Assembly: GCA_963621995.1 (NCBI GenBank)
Contig: CAVFFZ010000003.1
Location: forward strand, 12,329 to 76,328
Direction: 5' to 3'
Origin: Lachnospiraceae bacterium
GTDB lineage: Bacteria; Bacillota; Clostridia; TANB77; CAG-508
DNA: 64,000 nucleotides
The notes beneath the pieces are model-generated. The model saw only the letters and a list, made by a program, of their open reading frames with translations. It searched no databases and was not told the origin of the DNA. The position numbers were made by a program, and so were the translations under genes. Of this stretch, positions 8,994 through 20,774 are shown one piece after another. The first letter of the stretch is position 1. Each line of letters opens with the position of its first letter.

Positions 8994-9908
8994 ATGAAAA
9001 AAATAAAGGATATAGCAATTATTTTATTATCTTTTATAATAATAGGAATACATACATTAAGTTTTGCAGACGTTGGAAGTTTTGATAGATATGATAGTGG
9101 AAGTTCATCATCAGATTGGGGCTCTGGCTCATCAGACTGGGGTTCAAGTTCTTCTAGCTGGGATTGGGATGATGATGATTACAGTTCAATTTCAGGCTCA
9201 GGTTCTTTTGGAACAGGTTTTGGAACAGTAGTTTTTATAATAATTATAGCAATAATAATAAGCGCTAATTCTAAAAAGGGAAAAGGACTACAAAATTATA
9301 GAGTAACACCAACTTATACACCAACTACAGATCCAAACAAATCACATGCTTATGCAGAAAAAATTAAAGAAATAGATCCAAATTTCTCTGAAGAAAAAAT
9401 GTTATCATTTGCAAAAGATTTATTTGTAAAATTGCAAAATGCATGGACAGCAAGAGATTGGGAACCAATGAGACCATTTGAAACAGAAAGCCTATTTGAA
9501 CAACACAAAGCACAAATTCAAGGTTATATAGATACAAATCGTATTAATGTAATGGATAGAATAGCAGTAAATTATGCATATCTTTATAACTTTAGACAAG
9601 AAGGAGATAGAGATATATTAGAAATTGCATTAAAATCTACAATGAAAGACTATATAATAGATGCAAAAACACAAGAACTTCTAGAAGGAAGCAAAACACA
9701 AGATAGAACTACAGTATATAAATTGACATTTGAAAGAAAAACTGGTGTATTAACTCCAGAAGGAACAGCTAAAGTTAAAACAACAAATTGCCCAAACTGT
9801 GGAGCACCAACAGAAATTACATCAGCAGGAAAGTGCGAATACTGCGGAAGTGTTATAATAACAGGAGCAAATACTTGGGTATTATCTGGCTTAGAGCCAC
9901 TAAGATAA
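8994..9908 (+). CDS. Membrane protein with S/G/D/W low-complexity ectodomain, TIM44-like domain and C-terminal zinc ribbon
   Basis: Signal/TM helix, then SSSSDWGSGSSDWGSSSSSWDWDDDD, a second TM helix, a globular domain, and CPNCG...CEYCG. ATG 8994 follows GGAGGTG. Confidence 0.5.
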   Translation: MKKIKDIAIILLSFIIIGIHTLSFADVGSFDRYDSGSSSSDWGSGSSDWGSSSSSWDWDDDDYSSISGSGSFGTGFGTVVFIIIIAIIISANSKKGKGLQNYRVTPTYTPTTDPNKSHAYAEKIKEIDPNFSEEKMLSFAKDLFVKLQNAWTARDWEPMRPFETESLFEQHKAQIQGYIDTNRINVMDRIAVNYAYLYNFRQEGDRDILEIALKSTMKDYIIDAKTQELLEGSKTQDRTTVYKLTFERKTGVLTPEGTAKVKTTNCPNCGAPTEITSAGKCEYCGSVIITGANTWVLSGLEPLR

Positions 9909-9936
9909 AAATGACGAAAAATAAGGAGGAAAAATT

Positions 9937-11181
9937 ATGGGATTAATTAAAGCGGCAGTAAATGCTGTAGGAAGTACATTACATGACCAATGGAAAGAAG
10001 CAATTCGTTGCGAAAACATGGCAAATGATGTATTAATGGTAAAGAAAACAACATCTACGGGAGTTATAACTAACAAAAGTACAATTGTAGTAGCACCTGG
10101 ACAATGTGCTATTATATATGATAATGGTAAAGTAATAGATGCAACGGCAGAAGAAGGATATTATACATTTGACAGTTCATCATCTCCATCATTCTTTGCA
10201 GGACAATTTGGAGAAGTATTTAAAGAAATGTGGCAAAGATTTACATATAATGGAGCAACAGCAAAAGAACAAGCTGTATTCTTCTTTAATATTAAAGAAA
10301 TTATGGATAATAAATTTGGAACACCTGCACCAATACCATTCCAAGATTGGTCACATCCAATTCCAAACCAAATGACAAATACATTAACTCCATTAAGAGT
10401 TCAAATTAAATGTTTTGGTAAATTTACATTTAGCATTATGGATCCAGCATTATTTATGCAAAAATTAGCAGGAACAGCTGATATATACAAAAAAGATCAA
10501 GTTGTAGAACAACTAAGAAGTGAAGTAATAGCAGTATTCCAAAATGTAACAAATGAATTAGGAACTTCAAAATACAAAGTACCAGTACTTGAAATGCCAA
10601 GCCAAACAGATGAAATTAGACAAATGATGGATGAAAAAGTATTTGACGAGAAAATTCGTGAAAGAGGAATTAAAATAGATAGTTTCGCTGTAGAATCTGT
10701 TACTTTAGATGCAGAATCTGAAAAGAAAATAGATGAATATGAATTAAGCTCAAATGCCTATATGCAACAAGGAAAAATAGTTAGTGCATATTCAGAAGCT
10801 GTTAAAAGCGCAGCTGAAAACAGCGGAGGAGCAATGAACGGATTTATGGGAATCGGAATGATGAACATGAATACTGGAAATACAGTTGGAGGAGCAGCTT
10901 CTGGACCATGGAATAATACTGAAAATAGCAAAATGGATTTAAGTAAACAAGAAGAAGTAGTAAAAAAACCAGTTGAAGAAAACAAAACTGAAGAGCCAAC
11001 AGTTGCAGAAGAAGCAAAAAAACCAGTTTCTAATAAATGGACTTGTGAATGTGGAAGTGAAAATGAAGGAAATTTCTGTACAAATTGTGGATTACCAAAG
11101 CCAAGAATTTGCAAAAAATGCAATAGTAAATTAGGCAGAGATTCAAAATTTTGTAGCAATTGTGGAGAAAAAGCTGAATAA
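9937..11181 (+). CDS. SPFH (stomatin/prohibitin/flotillin)-like protein with C-terminal double zinc ribbon
   Basis: 414 aa. The N-terminal ~280 aa have an SPFH/virion-core-like pattern. The tail carries CECGSENEGNFCTNCG and CKKCNSKLGRDSKFCSNCG. SD AAGGAGG. Confidence 0.55.
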   Translation: MGLIKAAVNAVGSTLHDQWKEAIRCENMANDVLMVKKTTSTGVITNKSTIVVAPGQCAIIYDNGKVIDATAEEGYYTFDSSSSPSFFAGQFGEVFKEMWQRFTYNGATAKEQAVFFFNIKEIMDNKFGTPAPIPFQDWSHPIPNQMTNTLTPLRVQIKCFGKFTFSIMDPALFMQKLAGTADIYKKDQVVEQLRSEVIAVFQNVTNELGTSKYKVPVLEMPSQTDEIRQMMDEKVFDEKIRERGIKIDSFAVESVTLDAESEKKIDEYELSSNAYMQQGKIVSAYSEAVKSAAENSGGAMNGFMGIGMMNMNTGNTVGGAASGPWNNTENSKMDLSKQEEVVKKPVEENKTEEPTVAEEAKKPVSNKWTCECGSENEGNFCTNCGLPKPRICKKCNSKLGRDSKFCSNCGEKAE

Positions 11182-11198
11182 AAAATAAATATAAAAAT

Positions 11199-11229
11199 AA
11201 AAAATCCGCTGTGGCGGATTTTTTATTTT
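11199..11229 (+). terminator. Intrinsic terminator after the SPFH gene
   Basis: AAAAAATCCGC-TGTG-GCGGATTTTTT followed by a T-run. Confidence 0.85.
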
Positions 11230-11253
11230 TACCAACAAATTATCCACAATGTA

Positions 11254-11283
11254 TTGACAAAACTAAGAAAAATGAAGTATACT
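11254..11283 (+). promoter_or_regulatory. Candidate stand-alone rpoB promoter (about 290-nt leader)
   Basis: TTGACA-18 nt-TATACT directly after the upstream terminator. A TTATCCACA word lies at 11240-11248. Confidence 0.5.
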
Positions 11284-11582
11284 TATATGGTATAAGCAAT
11301 TTTTTGTCTTACAAAAGAATTAATTACGAAAATTTTATTAAAAAAGAAGAGGAATTGTTTTATTTTAACCTACGGAAAACTTAACTTTAGGTAAGCAGCA
11401 AAGTTAAATTTTAAGTAAGAAAAATAAAAACAAGAAGGGCTTCTTTTACCTATAAATTTTATTCACAAAAGAGCATTTAATGTGAAAATAAATATATTTG
11501 AAACATTGAGAAACAATATTTAAGTTCACAAAATGCTAAAATTTTAAGTCTGCTTTAAATTCAATATAGGGGGTAATTTGTT

Positions 11583-14500
11583 TTGGTAAAAGATATCAAA
11601 CACGAAAAATGCACACGTAAAACGTTTGCAAAAATTGGTGACTTTATTGAGATACCAAACTTAATTAAAGTCCAAAAAGACTCTTACGATTGGTTTGTAG
11701 AAGAAGGATTAGGAGAAGTTTTACAAGATATATCTCCAATAGTAGACTACTCTGGAAACCTTGTACTTGAGTTCTTTGACTATTACATGGAAGACAAAAC
11801 AAAGTATTCTGTTGAAGAAGCAAAAGAAAGAGATGCTACATATTCAACAAGATTACATGTAAAAGTACGTTTAATTAACCGTGAAACAGGCGAAATTAAA
11901 GAACAAGAGATTTATTTAGGGGACTTCCCAGTAATGACAGAAAGTGGAACTTTCATCATAAATGGCGCAGAAAGAGTTGTAGTCAGCCAATTAGTACGTT
12001 CTCCAGGATGTTACTATGCTTTTGAATTCGACAAAACAGGTAAAAAAATATTCACTTCAACAGTTATGCCAATTCGTGGTGCATGGATTGAATACGAAAC
12101 AGATGGAAACGACGTATTCTGGGCAAGAGTTGATAGAACAAGAAAAATACCAGTTACTTGTCTTTTAAGAGCAATTGGAATTGCTACAGACGAAGAAATA
12201 TTAGCTTTATTTGGAGATGAAGAAAAACTTAAAGCTACAATTCAAAAAGATACTATTAAAACTACAGACGAAGCTTTAATAGAAATTTACAAAAAATTAA
12301 GACCAGGTGAACTTCCAACTGTAGATGCTGCAAGAAACTTGTTTAATGGTTTATTCTTTGATGAAAGAAGATATGACTTGGCAAAAGTAGGGCGTTATAA
12401 ATTTAATAAAAAATTAAGTTTAGCATCTAGAATAGTTGGAAAAGTAGCATTTGAAGATATTATTGATCCAACAACAGGAGAAGTATTAGTAGAAAAGGAC
12501 AATGTTATTTCAGAAGAAATAGCAGAAGAAATACAAAATACAGGACTAAACATTGTAGATGTTAAAGTTGGAGAAACTAAAGTTAGAATTATAGGAAATG
12601 GGACAGTAAATATCCACAAATTTGTAACAGATGTTGATATTTCAGATTTACATTTCAAAGAAAAAGTAAATTATGAAGTACTAAAATCAATATTAGATGC
12701 AACTGACAAAAAAGATTTACACAAAGTATTAAAAGAAAGAAAAGAAGAATTAATACCAAAACATATAACAAACGAAGATATAATTGCTTCAATTAGTTAC
12801 TTATTAAATCTAGACCATGGACTAGGTGTAACAGATGATATAGACCATTTAGGAAATAGACGTATTAGATGTGTTGGTGAATTATTACAAAATCAATTTA
12901 GAATTGGTTTAACAAGACTTGAAAGAGTTGTTCGTGAAAGAATGACAATTCAAGACTTAGACATAGTAACACCACAAACATTAATTAATACAAAACCTAT
13001 TACATCATCTATTAGAGAATTCTTTGGAAGCTCTCAATTATCACAATTTATGGACCAAACAAACCCATTATCAGAGCTTACACATAAAAGAAGAATTTCA
13101 GCATTAGGACCTGGTGGACTTTCTCGTGAAAGAGCAGGATTCGAAGTACGTGATATTCACTATACTCACTATGGAAGACTTTGCCCAGTAGAATCTCCAG
13201 AAGGACCAAACATTGGACTTATTTCTGCATTATCATCTTTTGCAGTTATTAATGAATATGGATTTATTGAAACACCATATAGAAAAGTAGTAGATGGAAA
13301 AGTTACAGATACTGTAGAATATATGCCAGCTGATGAAGAAGATAAATATATTATTGCTCAAGCATCAGAACCTTTAGATGAAGAAGGAAAATTCGTACAT
13401 AAAAGAATTCGTGTACGTCATAGAGAAGAAATTACAGAAGTTGATGCTAGCCAAGTTGACTATGTAGATGTCTCTCCAAAGCAATTAGTATCTGTTGCAG
13501 CAGCAATGATACCATTCTTAGAGCATGATGACGTTAAACGTTCACTTATGGGTTCTAACATGCAACGTCAAGCAGTTCCACTACTTATGCCAGAATCTCC
13601 AATAGTTGGAACAGGAATTGAATACAGAGCAGCAAGAGACTCTGGAATTACAATTACTGCAATTAATGAAGGTATTGTAGAAAAAGTAACAGCAGACGAA
13701 GTAAAAGTACGTAATAAAAAGAATGAAATAGATACATATAGGTTACGTAAGTTCAAAAGAACAAATGGTGGTACATGTATTAACCAAAGACCAGTTGTAA
13801 CAAGAGGAGAAAAAGTTAAAGCAGGAGACATTTTAGCAGATGGACCATCTACAAAAAATGGAGAAATGGCTCTAGGAAGAAATGTTTTAATAGCTTTTAC
13901 AACTTGGGAAGGTTACAACTACGAGGACGCTGTATTAATTAGCGAAAGATTAGTTAAAGAAGATGTTTATACATCTATACATATTGAAGAATATGATTGC
14001 GAATGCCGTGATACAAAATTAGGTCCAGAAGAAATTACTCATGATATTCCAAATGTTGGAGACGACAGCTTAAAAGACCTAGACGAAAACGGAATTATAA
14101 GAATTGGTGCTGAAGTAAGACCAGGAGATATATTAGTAGGTAAAGTTACTCCAAAAGGAGAAACAGAACTTACAGCAGAAGAAAGATTACTTCGTGCTAT
14201 ATTTGGAGAAAAAGCAAGAGAAGTTAGAGACACATCTTTAAGAGTTCCTCATGGTGAAGCTGGAACAATAGTAGATGTTAAAATATTTACTAGAGATAAT
14301 TCAGATGAATTAGGACCTGGTGTTAACCAAGTAATTCGTTGTTATATTGCAACAAAGAGAAAAATCTCTGTCGGTGATAAAATGGCCGGACGTCATGGTA
14401 ACAAAGGTGTTATTTCAAGAATACTTCCAGTAGAAGATATGCCATTCTTAGAAGATGGTACACCAGTAGATATAGTATTAAACCCACAAGGTATTCCATC

Positions 14501-15290
14501 TCGTATGAATTTAGGTCAAGTTCTAGAAGTTCACTTAGGTATGGCTGCAAAAGCATTAGGCTGGAAAGTTGCAACACCAGTATTTGATGGTGCTACAGAC
14601 GAAGAAATTAAAGAATTATTAATAGAAGCTGGATTAAGACCAGATGGAAAAACAATACTTCATGATGGACGTACAGGTGAAAAATTTGATAATCCTGTTA
14701 CAGTTGGTGTAATGTATATGCTTAAACTACATCACTTAGTTGATGATAAAATACATGCTCGTTCAACTGGACCATACTCACTAGTTACACAACAACCTCT
14801 AGGTGGTAAAGCACAATTCGGTGGACAACGTTTTGGTGAAATGGAAGTTTGGGCATTAGAGGCATATGGTGCAGCTTACACATTACAAGAAATGTTAACA
14901 GTTAAATCAGACGACGTTGTTGGACGTGTTAAAACATATGAAGCAATTGTTAAAGGTGAAAATGTTCCTGAACCAGGTGTTCCAGAATCATTCAAAGTAT
15001 TAATTAAAGAACTTCAATCTTTAGGATTAGACATACGCCTATATTCAGAAGATAATAAAGAGTTAGAATTACAAGAACATATTGATGAAGGAGTAGACTA
15101 CGAAGACGCAAAAGTCGGAGAAAACGTAGTTGATGAATCTGAATTAGAAGATAGCTATATAGAAGCAGATGAAGATTCAGACGCAATGCTATTAGACACA
15201 GATGAATCAGATGATTTATTCCTTGGTTTAGATGATGAAGGTGATGATTCTATATTTGATTCAAATTTAGATGAAGACGGATTAGAATAA
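11583..15290 (+). CDS. rpoB: DNA-directed RNA polymerase subunit beta
   Basis: 1235 aa with unmistakable RpoB blocks ([67 protein letters not shown]). TTG start after AGGGGG. Acidic C-terminal tail. Confidence 0.97.
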   Translation: MVKDIKHEKCTRKTFAKIGDFIEIPNLIKVQKDSYDWFVEEGLGEVLQDISPIVDYSGNLVLEFFDYYMEDKTKYSVEEAKERDATYSTRLHVKVRLINRETGEIKEQEIYLGDFPVMTESGTFIINGAERVVVSQLVRSPGCYYAFEFDKTGKKIFTSTVMPIRGAWIEYETDGNDVFWARVDRTRKIPVTCLLRAIGIATDEEILALFGDEEKLKATIQKDTIKTTDEALIEIYKKLRPGELPTVDAARNLFNGLFFDERRYDLAKVGRYKFNKKLSLASRIVGKVAFEDIIDPTTGEVLVEKDNVISEEIAEEIQNTGLNIVDVKVGETKVRIIGNGTVNIHKFVTDVDISDLHFKEKVNYEVLKSILDATDKKDLHKVLKERKEELIPKHITNEDIIASISYLLNLDHGLGVTDDIDHLGNRRIRCVGELLQNQFRIGLTRLERVVRERMTIQDLDIVTPQTLINTKPITSSIREFFGSSQLSQFMDQTNPLSELTHKRRISALGPGGLSRERAGFEVRDIHYTHYGRLCPVESPEGPNIGLISALSSFAVINEYGFIETPYRKVVDGKVTDTVEYMPADEEDKYIIAQASEPLDEEGKFVHKRIRVRHREEITEVDASQVDYVDVSPKQLVSVAAAMIPFLEHDDVKRSLMGSNMQRQAVPLLMPESPIVGTGIEYRAARDSGITITAINEGIVEKVTADEVKVRNKKNEIDTYRLRKFKRTNGGTCINQRPVVTRGEKVKAGDILADGPSTKNGEMALGRNVLIAFTTWEGYNYEDAVLISERLVKEDVYTSIHIEEYDCECRDTKLGPEEITHDIPNVGDDSLKDLDENGIIRIGAEVRPGDILVGKVTPKGETELTAEERLLRAIFGEKAREVRDTSLRVPHGEAGTIVDVKIFTRDNSDELGPGVNQVIRCYIATKRKISVGDKMAGRHGNKGVISRILPVEDMPFLEDGTPVDIVLNPQGIPSRMNLGQVLEVHLGMAAKALGWKVATPVFDGATDEEIKELLIEAGLRPDGKTILHDGRTGEKFDNPVTVGVMYMLKLHHLVDDKIHARSTGPYSLVTQQPLGGKAQFGGQRFGEMEVWALEAYGAAYTLQEMLTVKSDDVVGRVKTYEAIVKGENVPEPGVPESFKVLIKELQSLGLDIRLYSEDNKELELQEHIDEGVDYEDAKVGENVVDESELEDSYIEADEDSDAMLLDTDESDDLFLGLDDEGDDSIFDSNLDEDGLE

Positions 15291-15296
15291 AAAAGT

Positions 15297-15326
15297 TGCA
15301 ATTTGGGGGTATTTCCCCAATTGGCA
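15297..15326. repeat. Hairpin in the rpoB-rpoC spacer, CAATTTGGGG...CCCCAATTG family
   Basis: TGCAATTTGGGG-GTATTT-CCCCAATTGGCA. It shares the CCCCAATTG arm with 7201-7209. Confidence 0.5.
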
Positions 15327-15484
15327 CAATAATTTGATTAGAAAATATCCTTAATTGGAAAAAACAATTAAATAAATTTTAAAAAGATAAGAGGCGACAT
15401 TTAAAATTTGCACCAGCAGTGGTTAGAACTTGAAATCTGTTTTAAAATTACCCAATAAAATAGTAATAGGGGGCTAATTAAAAA

Positions 15485-18400
15485 GTGGATGAATTAGAAA
15501 TGTTTGATAAAATCAAAATCGGCTTAGCATCAGACGAAAAAATAAGAGAATGGTCAAAGGGTGAAGTTAAAAAACCAGAGACTATTAACTACAGAACATT
15601 AAAACCAGAAAGAGATGGTCTATTCTGTGAAAGAATATTTGGACCAACTAAAGATTGGGAATGTCATTGTGGTAAATATAAAAGAGTACGTTACAAAGGT
15701 ATAGTTTGTGATCGTTGTGGTGTAGAAGTTACAAAATCAAAAGTAAGACGTGAAAGAATGGGACATATCGAACTTGCAGCTCCAGTAGCTCATATTTGGT
15801 ATTTCAAAGGAATACCAAGCAGAATAGCTTTAATGCTTGATATTTCACCAAGAAACTTAGAGAAAGTAGTATATTTTGCATCTTATATAGTTACAGATAA
15901 AGGTACTTCTGGATTAATGAAAACACAAGTTTTAACAGAAAAAGAATACCATGAAGCTGTGGAAAAATATGGTTTTGGAAGCTTTAAGGCAGAAATGGGT
16001 GCAGAAGCATTAGAAAAACTATTAAAAGAAATAGATTTAGACAAATTATCTGCACAATTAAAGAAAGAATTAGAAACAGCTAGTGAGCAAAAGAAAGCAA
16101 AACTAGTAAAAAGACTAGACACAGTAGAATCATTTAGATTATCAGAAAATAGACCTGAATGGATGATTATGAATGTTGTACCAGTTATTCCACCAGAATT
16201 AAGACCAATGGTTCAATTAGATGGTGGTAGATTTGCAACATCAGATTTAAACGATTTATATAGAAGAGTTATAAACAGAAATAATCGTTTAAAAAGATTA
16301 ATAGAACTTGGAGCACCAGAAATTATTAAAAGAAACGAAAAAAGAATGCTTCAAGAATCTGTAGATGCATTAATAGATAACTCAAGACGTGGTAGACCAG
16401 TAACAGGTGCTGGAAACAGACCTTTAAAATCTTTATCAGATATGCTTAAAGGTAAACAAGGACGTTTCCGTCAAAACTTACTTGGAAAACGTGTTGACTA
16501 TTCAGGACGTTCAGTTATAGTTGTAGGCCCAGAACTTAAACTATATCAATGTGGTGTTCCAAAAGAAATGGCTGTTGAGTTATTTAAACCTTTCGTTATG
16601 AAAGAATTAGTAGGAAGAGGAATTGCACACAACATTAAAAATGCAAAAAGAATGGTAGAAAGATTACGCCCAGAAGTATGGGATATACTAGAAGAAGTAA
16701 TTAAAGACCATCCAGTAATGTTAAACCGTGCTCCAACACTTCATAGACTTGGTATTCAAGCATTTGAACCAGTTTTAGTAGAAGGTAGAGCAATAAAATT
16801 ACACCCATTAGTATGTACAGCATTCAACGCTGACTTCGACGGTGACCAAATGGCTATACATTTACCTTTATCACCAGAAGCACAAGCAGAAGCAAGATAT
16901 TTAATGTTATCTGTAAATAACCTTTTAAAACCACAAGATGGTAAACCAGTAACAGTTCCTACACAAGATATGATTTTAGGAAGTTACTATTTAACAATGG
17001 AAGTTCCAGGAGAAAAAGGAGAAGGAAATTACTTCTCATCTCCGGAAGAAGCTATAATTGCATATGAAAACAAAGAAGTAGGTATGCATGCTAAAATTTC
17101 AGTTCGTATGAGTAAAATCGACGAAGAAGGAAATGAAAAACATAGAAAAGTGGAAACAACAGTTGGTAGAATTATATACAATAAAGGTATTCCACAAGAT
17201 TTAGGATTTGTTGATAGAACTAATCCAGAAAATGAATTTGAACCAGAAATTAACTTTGTTGTTAACAAGAAAAAATTAGGAAAAATAATTGAGAAGAGTA
17301 TTAATAAATATGGATTAAACCCTTCAGCAGAATTATTAGACTATATTAAAGCAACAGGTTTCAAATATTCAACAACAGGCGGTATTACAGTATCTATAGA
17401 AGATGTTAAAGTACCAGAAGCTAAAAAAGAAATATTAGCAAAAGCACAAGCAGACGTAGACAATGTATTAAAACAATACAAACGTGGTTTAATTACTGAA
17501 GAAGAAAGATATCAATCAGTAATTAAGATTTGGGAACAAGCAACAGAAGACGTTAAAAATGCAATGAAAGATACATTTACACAATTAAACCCAATGTTCA
17601 TGATGTCTGACTCTGGTGCCCGTGGTAACTTAGACCAATTAAAACAAATTGCAGGTATGCGTGGACTTATGGCTAGTACAACTGGTAAAACAGTCGAAAT
17701 ACCAATTAAATCATCATTCAGAGAGGGTCTAGATGCTCTAGAATACTTTATCTCTGCCCATGGTGCTCGTAAAGGTCTATCAGATACAGCTTTAAGAACA
17801 GCTGACTCTGGATACCTAACAAGAAGATTAGTTGATGTTTCTCAAGACATTATTGTTAGAGAGCATGATTGTGGTACACACGATGGAATCACATTAACAG
17901 CTATAAAAGACGGAAACCAAGTAATTGAAAGCCTACAAGAAAGATTAATAGGACGTTACCCATTAGAAGATATTAAAAATCCTGCAACAGGAGAAACAAT
18001 AGTAGATACAAATACAATAATTTCAGATAAAACAGCAGATCAAATAGTTGAAGCTGGAATTGAAGAAGTTAGAGTACGCAGTGTATTTGGATGTAGAACA
18101 AAATATGGTGTATGTTCTAAATGTTATGGTATGGGCTTAGCTAGTCGTGAAGAAGTAAACATTGGTGAAACTGTAGGTATTATAGCAGCTCAATCTATTG
18201 GTGAGCCTGGTACACAGCTTACAATGAGAACAATTCACTCTGGTGGTGTTGCCGGTGTTGCCGACATTACACAAGGTCTTCCAAGGGTTGAAGAATTATT
18301 TGAAGCAAGAAAACCAAAGGGACTTGCAATAGTTGCAGAAATAGATGGTGTTGTTAAAATCGCAGAAGATAAGAAAAGAAAAACAATTTCAGTTACTTCT

Positions 18401-19030
18401 AAAGATGATAGCAAAACTTATATTATACCATTTGGTTCTAAACTAAAAGTAAAAGACGGAGACGAAGTAGTTGCAGGAGAGCCACTAACAGAAGGTTCAA
18501 TTAACCCTAACGAATTACTTGCAATTAAAGGACCAGAAGGAGTTTACAACTACCTAGTACAAGAAGTTCAAAAAGTATATAGAAACCAAGGTGTTGATAT
18601 CAACGATAAACATATTGAAGTTATTGGTAGACAAATGCTTAAGAAGATTAGAGTTGAAGACAATGGAGATACTCCAATGTTCGCAGGTTCATTAGTTGAT
18701 ATGTATGAATTTGAAGATATAAATAAAAAAGCAGTTGAAGAAGGAAAACGCCCTGCAACAGGTAAACGTGTACTTCTTGGAATTACAAAAGCATCACTTG
18801 CAACAGATAGTTTCTTATCTGCAGCATCATTCCAAGAGACAACAAGAGTATTAACAGAAGCAGCTATTAAAGGTAAAGTTGATGAATTAATAGGATTAAA
18901 AGAAAATGTTATCATTGGTAAATTAATCCCAGCAGGTACAGGATTTGCAAAATATAGAAATACACACATTAGCACAGAACAAGACGATGTACAAGAAAAT
19001 GAAGAAGGAAAAGCTAGTGTAGAAGAATAA
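15485..19030 (+). CDS. rpoC: DNA-directed RNA polymerase subunit beta'
   Basis: 1181 aa with the zinc motif [23 protein letters not shown], the NADFDGD catalytic motif and the trigger-loop region. The GTG start gives an N-terminus that aligns in length with typical MFxxxxFDxxxIGLAS. Confidence 0.97.
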   Translation: MDELEMFDKIKIGLASDEKIREWSKGEVKKPETINYRTLKPERDGLFCERIFGPTKDWECHCGKYKRVRYKGIVCDRCGVEVTKSKVRRERMGHIELAAPVAHIWYFKGIPSRIALMLDISPRNLEKVVYFASYIVTDKGTSGLMKTQVLTEKEYHEAVEKYGFGSFKAEMGAEALEKLLKEIDLDKLSAQLKKELETASEQKKAKLVKRLDTVESFRLSENRPEWMIMNVVPVIPPELRPMVQLDGGRFATSDLNDLYRRVINRNNRLKRLIELGAPEIIKRNEKRMLQESVDALIDNSRRGRPVTGAGNRPLKSLSDMLKGKQGRFRQNLLGKRVDYSGRSVIVVGPELKLYQCGVPKEMAVELFKPFVMKELVGRGIAHNIKNAKRMVERLRPEVWDILEEVIKDHPVMLNRAPTLHRLGIQAFEPVLVEGRAIKLHPLVCTAFNADFDGDQMAIHLPLSPEAQAEARYLMLSVNNLLKPQDGKPVTVPTQDMILGSYYLTMEVPGEKGEGNYFSSPEEAIIAYENKEVGMHAKISVRMSKIDEEGNEKHRKVETTVGRIIYNKGIPQDLGFVDRTNPENEFEPEINFVVNKKKLGKIIEKSINKYGLNPSAELLDYIKATGFKYSTTGGITVSIEDVKVPEAKKEILAKAQADVDNVLKQYKRGLITEEERYQSVIKIWEQATEDVKNAMKDTFTQLNPMFMMSDSGARGNLDQLKQIAGMRGLMASTTGKTVEIPIKSSFREGLDALEYFISAHGARKGLSDTALRTADSGYLTRRLVDVSQDIIVREHDCGTHDGITLTAIKDGNQVIESLQERLIGRYPLEDIKNPATGETIVDTNTIISDKTADQIVEAGIEEVRVRSVFGCRTKYGVCSKCYGMGLASREEVNIGETVGIIAAQSIGEPGTQLTMRTIHSGGVAGVADITQGLPRVEELFEARKPKGLAIVAEIDGVVKIAEDKKRKTISVTSKDDSKTYIIPFGSKLKVKDGDEVVAGEPLTEGSINPNELLAIKGPEGVYNYLVQEVQKVYRNQGVDINDKHIEVIGRQMLKKIRVEDNGDTPMFAGSLVDMYEFEDINKKAVEEGKRPATGKRVLLGITKASLATDSFLSAASFQETTRVLTEAAIKGKVDELIGLKENVIIGKLIPAGTGFAKYRNTHISTEQDDVQENEEGKASVEE

Positions 19031-19040
19031 ATAAAATAAG

Positions 19041-19077
19041 AGTAGTTTAGGAAATTTTTTCTTAAACTACTTTTTTT
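19041..19077 (+). terminator. rpoC terminator
   Basis: AGTAGTTTAGG-loop-CTTAAACTACT followed by T7. Confidence 0.75.
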
Positions 19078-19216
19078 ATATTCTAAGAAAGTTTTCCAAA
19101 CCTCCCTAGAATATAAAAATGCTTCGCTAAACATTCCACACGAATTTTATTTCATAAAATTTGGCGGTCGAACAAAGACAAGGCATGAAAAGTCTTTTAA
19201 AATGTCTAAAAATATT
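19073..19216. repeat. Intergenic repeat element R1, copy B (hairpin 19073-19119 plus conserved tail)
   Basis: TTTTTATATTCTA-N21-TAGAATATAAAAA, then a tail roughly 80% identical (by eye) to 157-252. Confidence 0.75.
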
Positions 19217-19338
19217 TTTGTTCTTTACAAAAATTAAAAACAAATATATAATTTAGAAAAACAATTTTATAAGTATTAAAATAGAAAAATATTACAAATA
19301 TTGTAAAATACATATTAATAGAGTTAGGAGAGAAATTT

Positions 19339-20619
19339 ATGAATATTTTAATAAAAAACGCTACACTTATTTCAATGAGTGAAACAAGAGAAAAAATAGA
19401 AGAAAATATAGATATAAGAATAGAAGAAAATAAAATAATAAAAATAGGGAAAGAACTAAACCAAAATAATATAGATAAAATGATTGATGCAACAGGGAAA
19501 GTAGTAATGCCAGGATTAATAAATACTCACTCACATGTACCAATGAGTATTTTTAGAGAAACTGTAGATGGATTTGCACTTCAAGATTGGCTTACAAAAA
19601 AAATATGGCCAATGGAAGATAAAATGACAAAAGAAGATGTTTACAATGCTTCTAAACTATCATTTATAGAGATGATAAAAACAGGAACTACAACAATAAA
19701 TGATATGTATTTTATGACAGAGGATATTATAAATGCAGCAATAGATACAGGAGTAAGACTTCAAACAACAAGAACATTGATGTGTATGGATGAAAAAGAA
19801 GGACTACAAAGAATAGAAGAATTAAATAACTTAATAGAAGAATACAGAGGAAGAAATGAATTAATAACATTTAATGTAGGAATACATGGATTATACACAA
19901 CAAATAGACAATATGTGGAAAAATGTATTGAGTTTGCAAAGAAAAAAGGACTTATAACTCATATGCATTTCTGTGAAAACAGTAAAGAAGTAGAAGATAT
20001 AAAAAATATATATAAAGAAAATCCAATAGATGTTTTAGAGAAAGAATTTACAGGAATAAAAACAATATTAGCCCATTGTGTAAAACTATCTAAAGAAGAC
20101 CTTAAAAAACTTTCAAAATTAGATGTAAGTGTTTCTCATTGCCCAGTAAGTAACTTAAAGTTAGGATGTGGAATTGCTAATATAACTGAAATGTTAGAAA
20201 ATAATATTAATGTTTCTATAGGAACAGATGGACAAGGTAGCGGTAGTAATTTAGATTTATTTGAATCTATGAAATATGCAGCTTTACTTCAAAAGGGAAC
20301 AAAAGAAGATGCAGTTTGTATGCCAGCATACGAAGTGTTGAAAATGGGAACAATAAATGGTGCAAAAGCATTAGGATTAGAAAATGAAATAGGAAGCATA
20401 GAAGAAGGAAAAAAAGCAGACATTATTATATTGAATTTAGATGATGTAGTAACTAAGCCAGTTAATGATTTATGTGCAGACATAGTTTATAATGTAAAAG
20501 GAAATAATGTAGAAACTACAATTATAAACGGAAAAATTTTAATGGAAGAAAATAAAATGGAACAAAATCAAGAAAGAATTTTTGATGAATGTAAAAAAAT
20601 AATTGATAGAATAAAATAA
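19339..20619 (+). CDS. mtaD: Amidohydrolase, 5-methylthioadenosine/S-adenosylhomocysteine deaminase-like
   Basis: 426 aa with NTHSHVPMS metal-binding His pair, HMHFCE, and SIGTDGQGSGSNLDLFE, typical of the MtaD/ATZ-TRZ family. Confidence 0.7.
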   Translation: MNILIKNATLISMSETREKIEENIDIRIEENKIIKIGKELNQNNIDKMIDATGKVVMPGLINTHSHVPMSIFRETVDGFALQDWLTKKIWPMEDKMTKEDVYNASKLSFIEMIKTGTTTINDMYFMTEDIINAAIDTGVRLQTTRTLMCMDEKEGLQRIEELNNLIEEYRGRNELITFNVGIHGLYTTNRQYVEKCIEFAKKKGLITHMHFCENSKEVEDIKNIYKENPIDVLEKEFTGIKTILAHCVKLSKEDLKKLSKLDVSVSHCPVSNLKLGCGIANITEMLENNINVSIGTDGQGSGSNLDLFESMKYAALLQKGTKEDAVCMPAYEVLKMGTINGAKALGLENEIGSIEEGKKADIIILNLDDVVTKPVNDLCADIVYNVKGNNVETTIINGKILMEENKMEQNQERIFDECKKIIDRIK

Positions 20620-20774
20620 AATCCAATTTAATAAAAAATGTAATTATAAAAAGCAAGTGTAATTTACAGGGGTAAATACAATAAAACTATACAGAAGCAG
20701 ATGTACAAAATTTGACAAAAGAGCTAAAAAATAGTAAAATAGTAATTGTGAAAGAATATAAAAGGGAGATATTT

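Noticed and set aside
11240-11248. Perfect DnaA-box 9-mer TTATCCACA just upstream of the rpoB promoter -35.
   Set aside because: It is a single box with no cluster and no AT-rich unwinding element context. Roughly one chance occurrence per window of this size and composition is expected. It is not evidence for an origin or for DnaA regulation.
15085-15290. Long acidic (D/E-rich) C-terminal tail of RpoB.
   Set aside because: This is a low-complexity extension in a protein whose length varies by lineage. I recall that clostridial RpoB proteins are about 40 aa longer than the Bacillus protein, so it is probably lineage-typical. I cannot judge its novelty without an alignment.
18568-19134. 188-aa minus-strand ORF overlapping the 3' end of rpoC and R1 copy B. 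The same applies to the many other 60-190-aa antisense or alternate-frame ORFs inside confident genes (for example 1349-1573, 6683-7093, 10758-11159, 25643-26224, 32246-32668, 36439-36867, 52071-52604, 56553-57032, 61052-61552, 62466-62903).
   Set aside because: They lie antisense to strongly supported genes and have S/F/I/L-rich low-complexity translations typical of the reverse strand of AT-rich, purine-loaded coding DNA. They have no SD sites.
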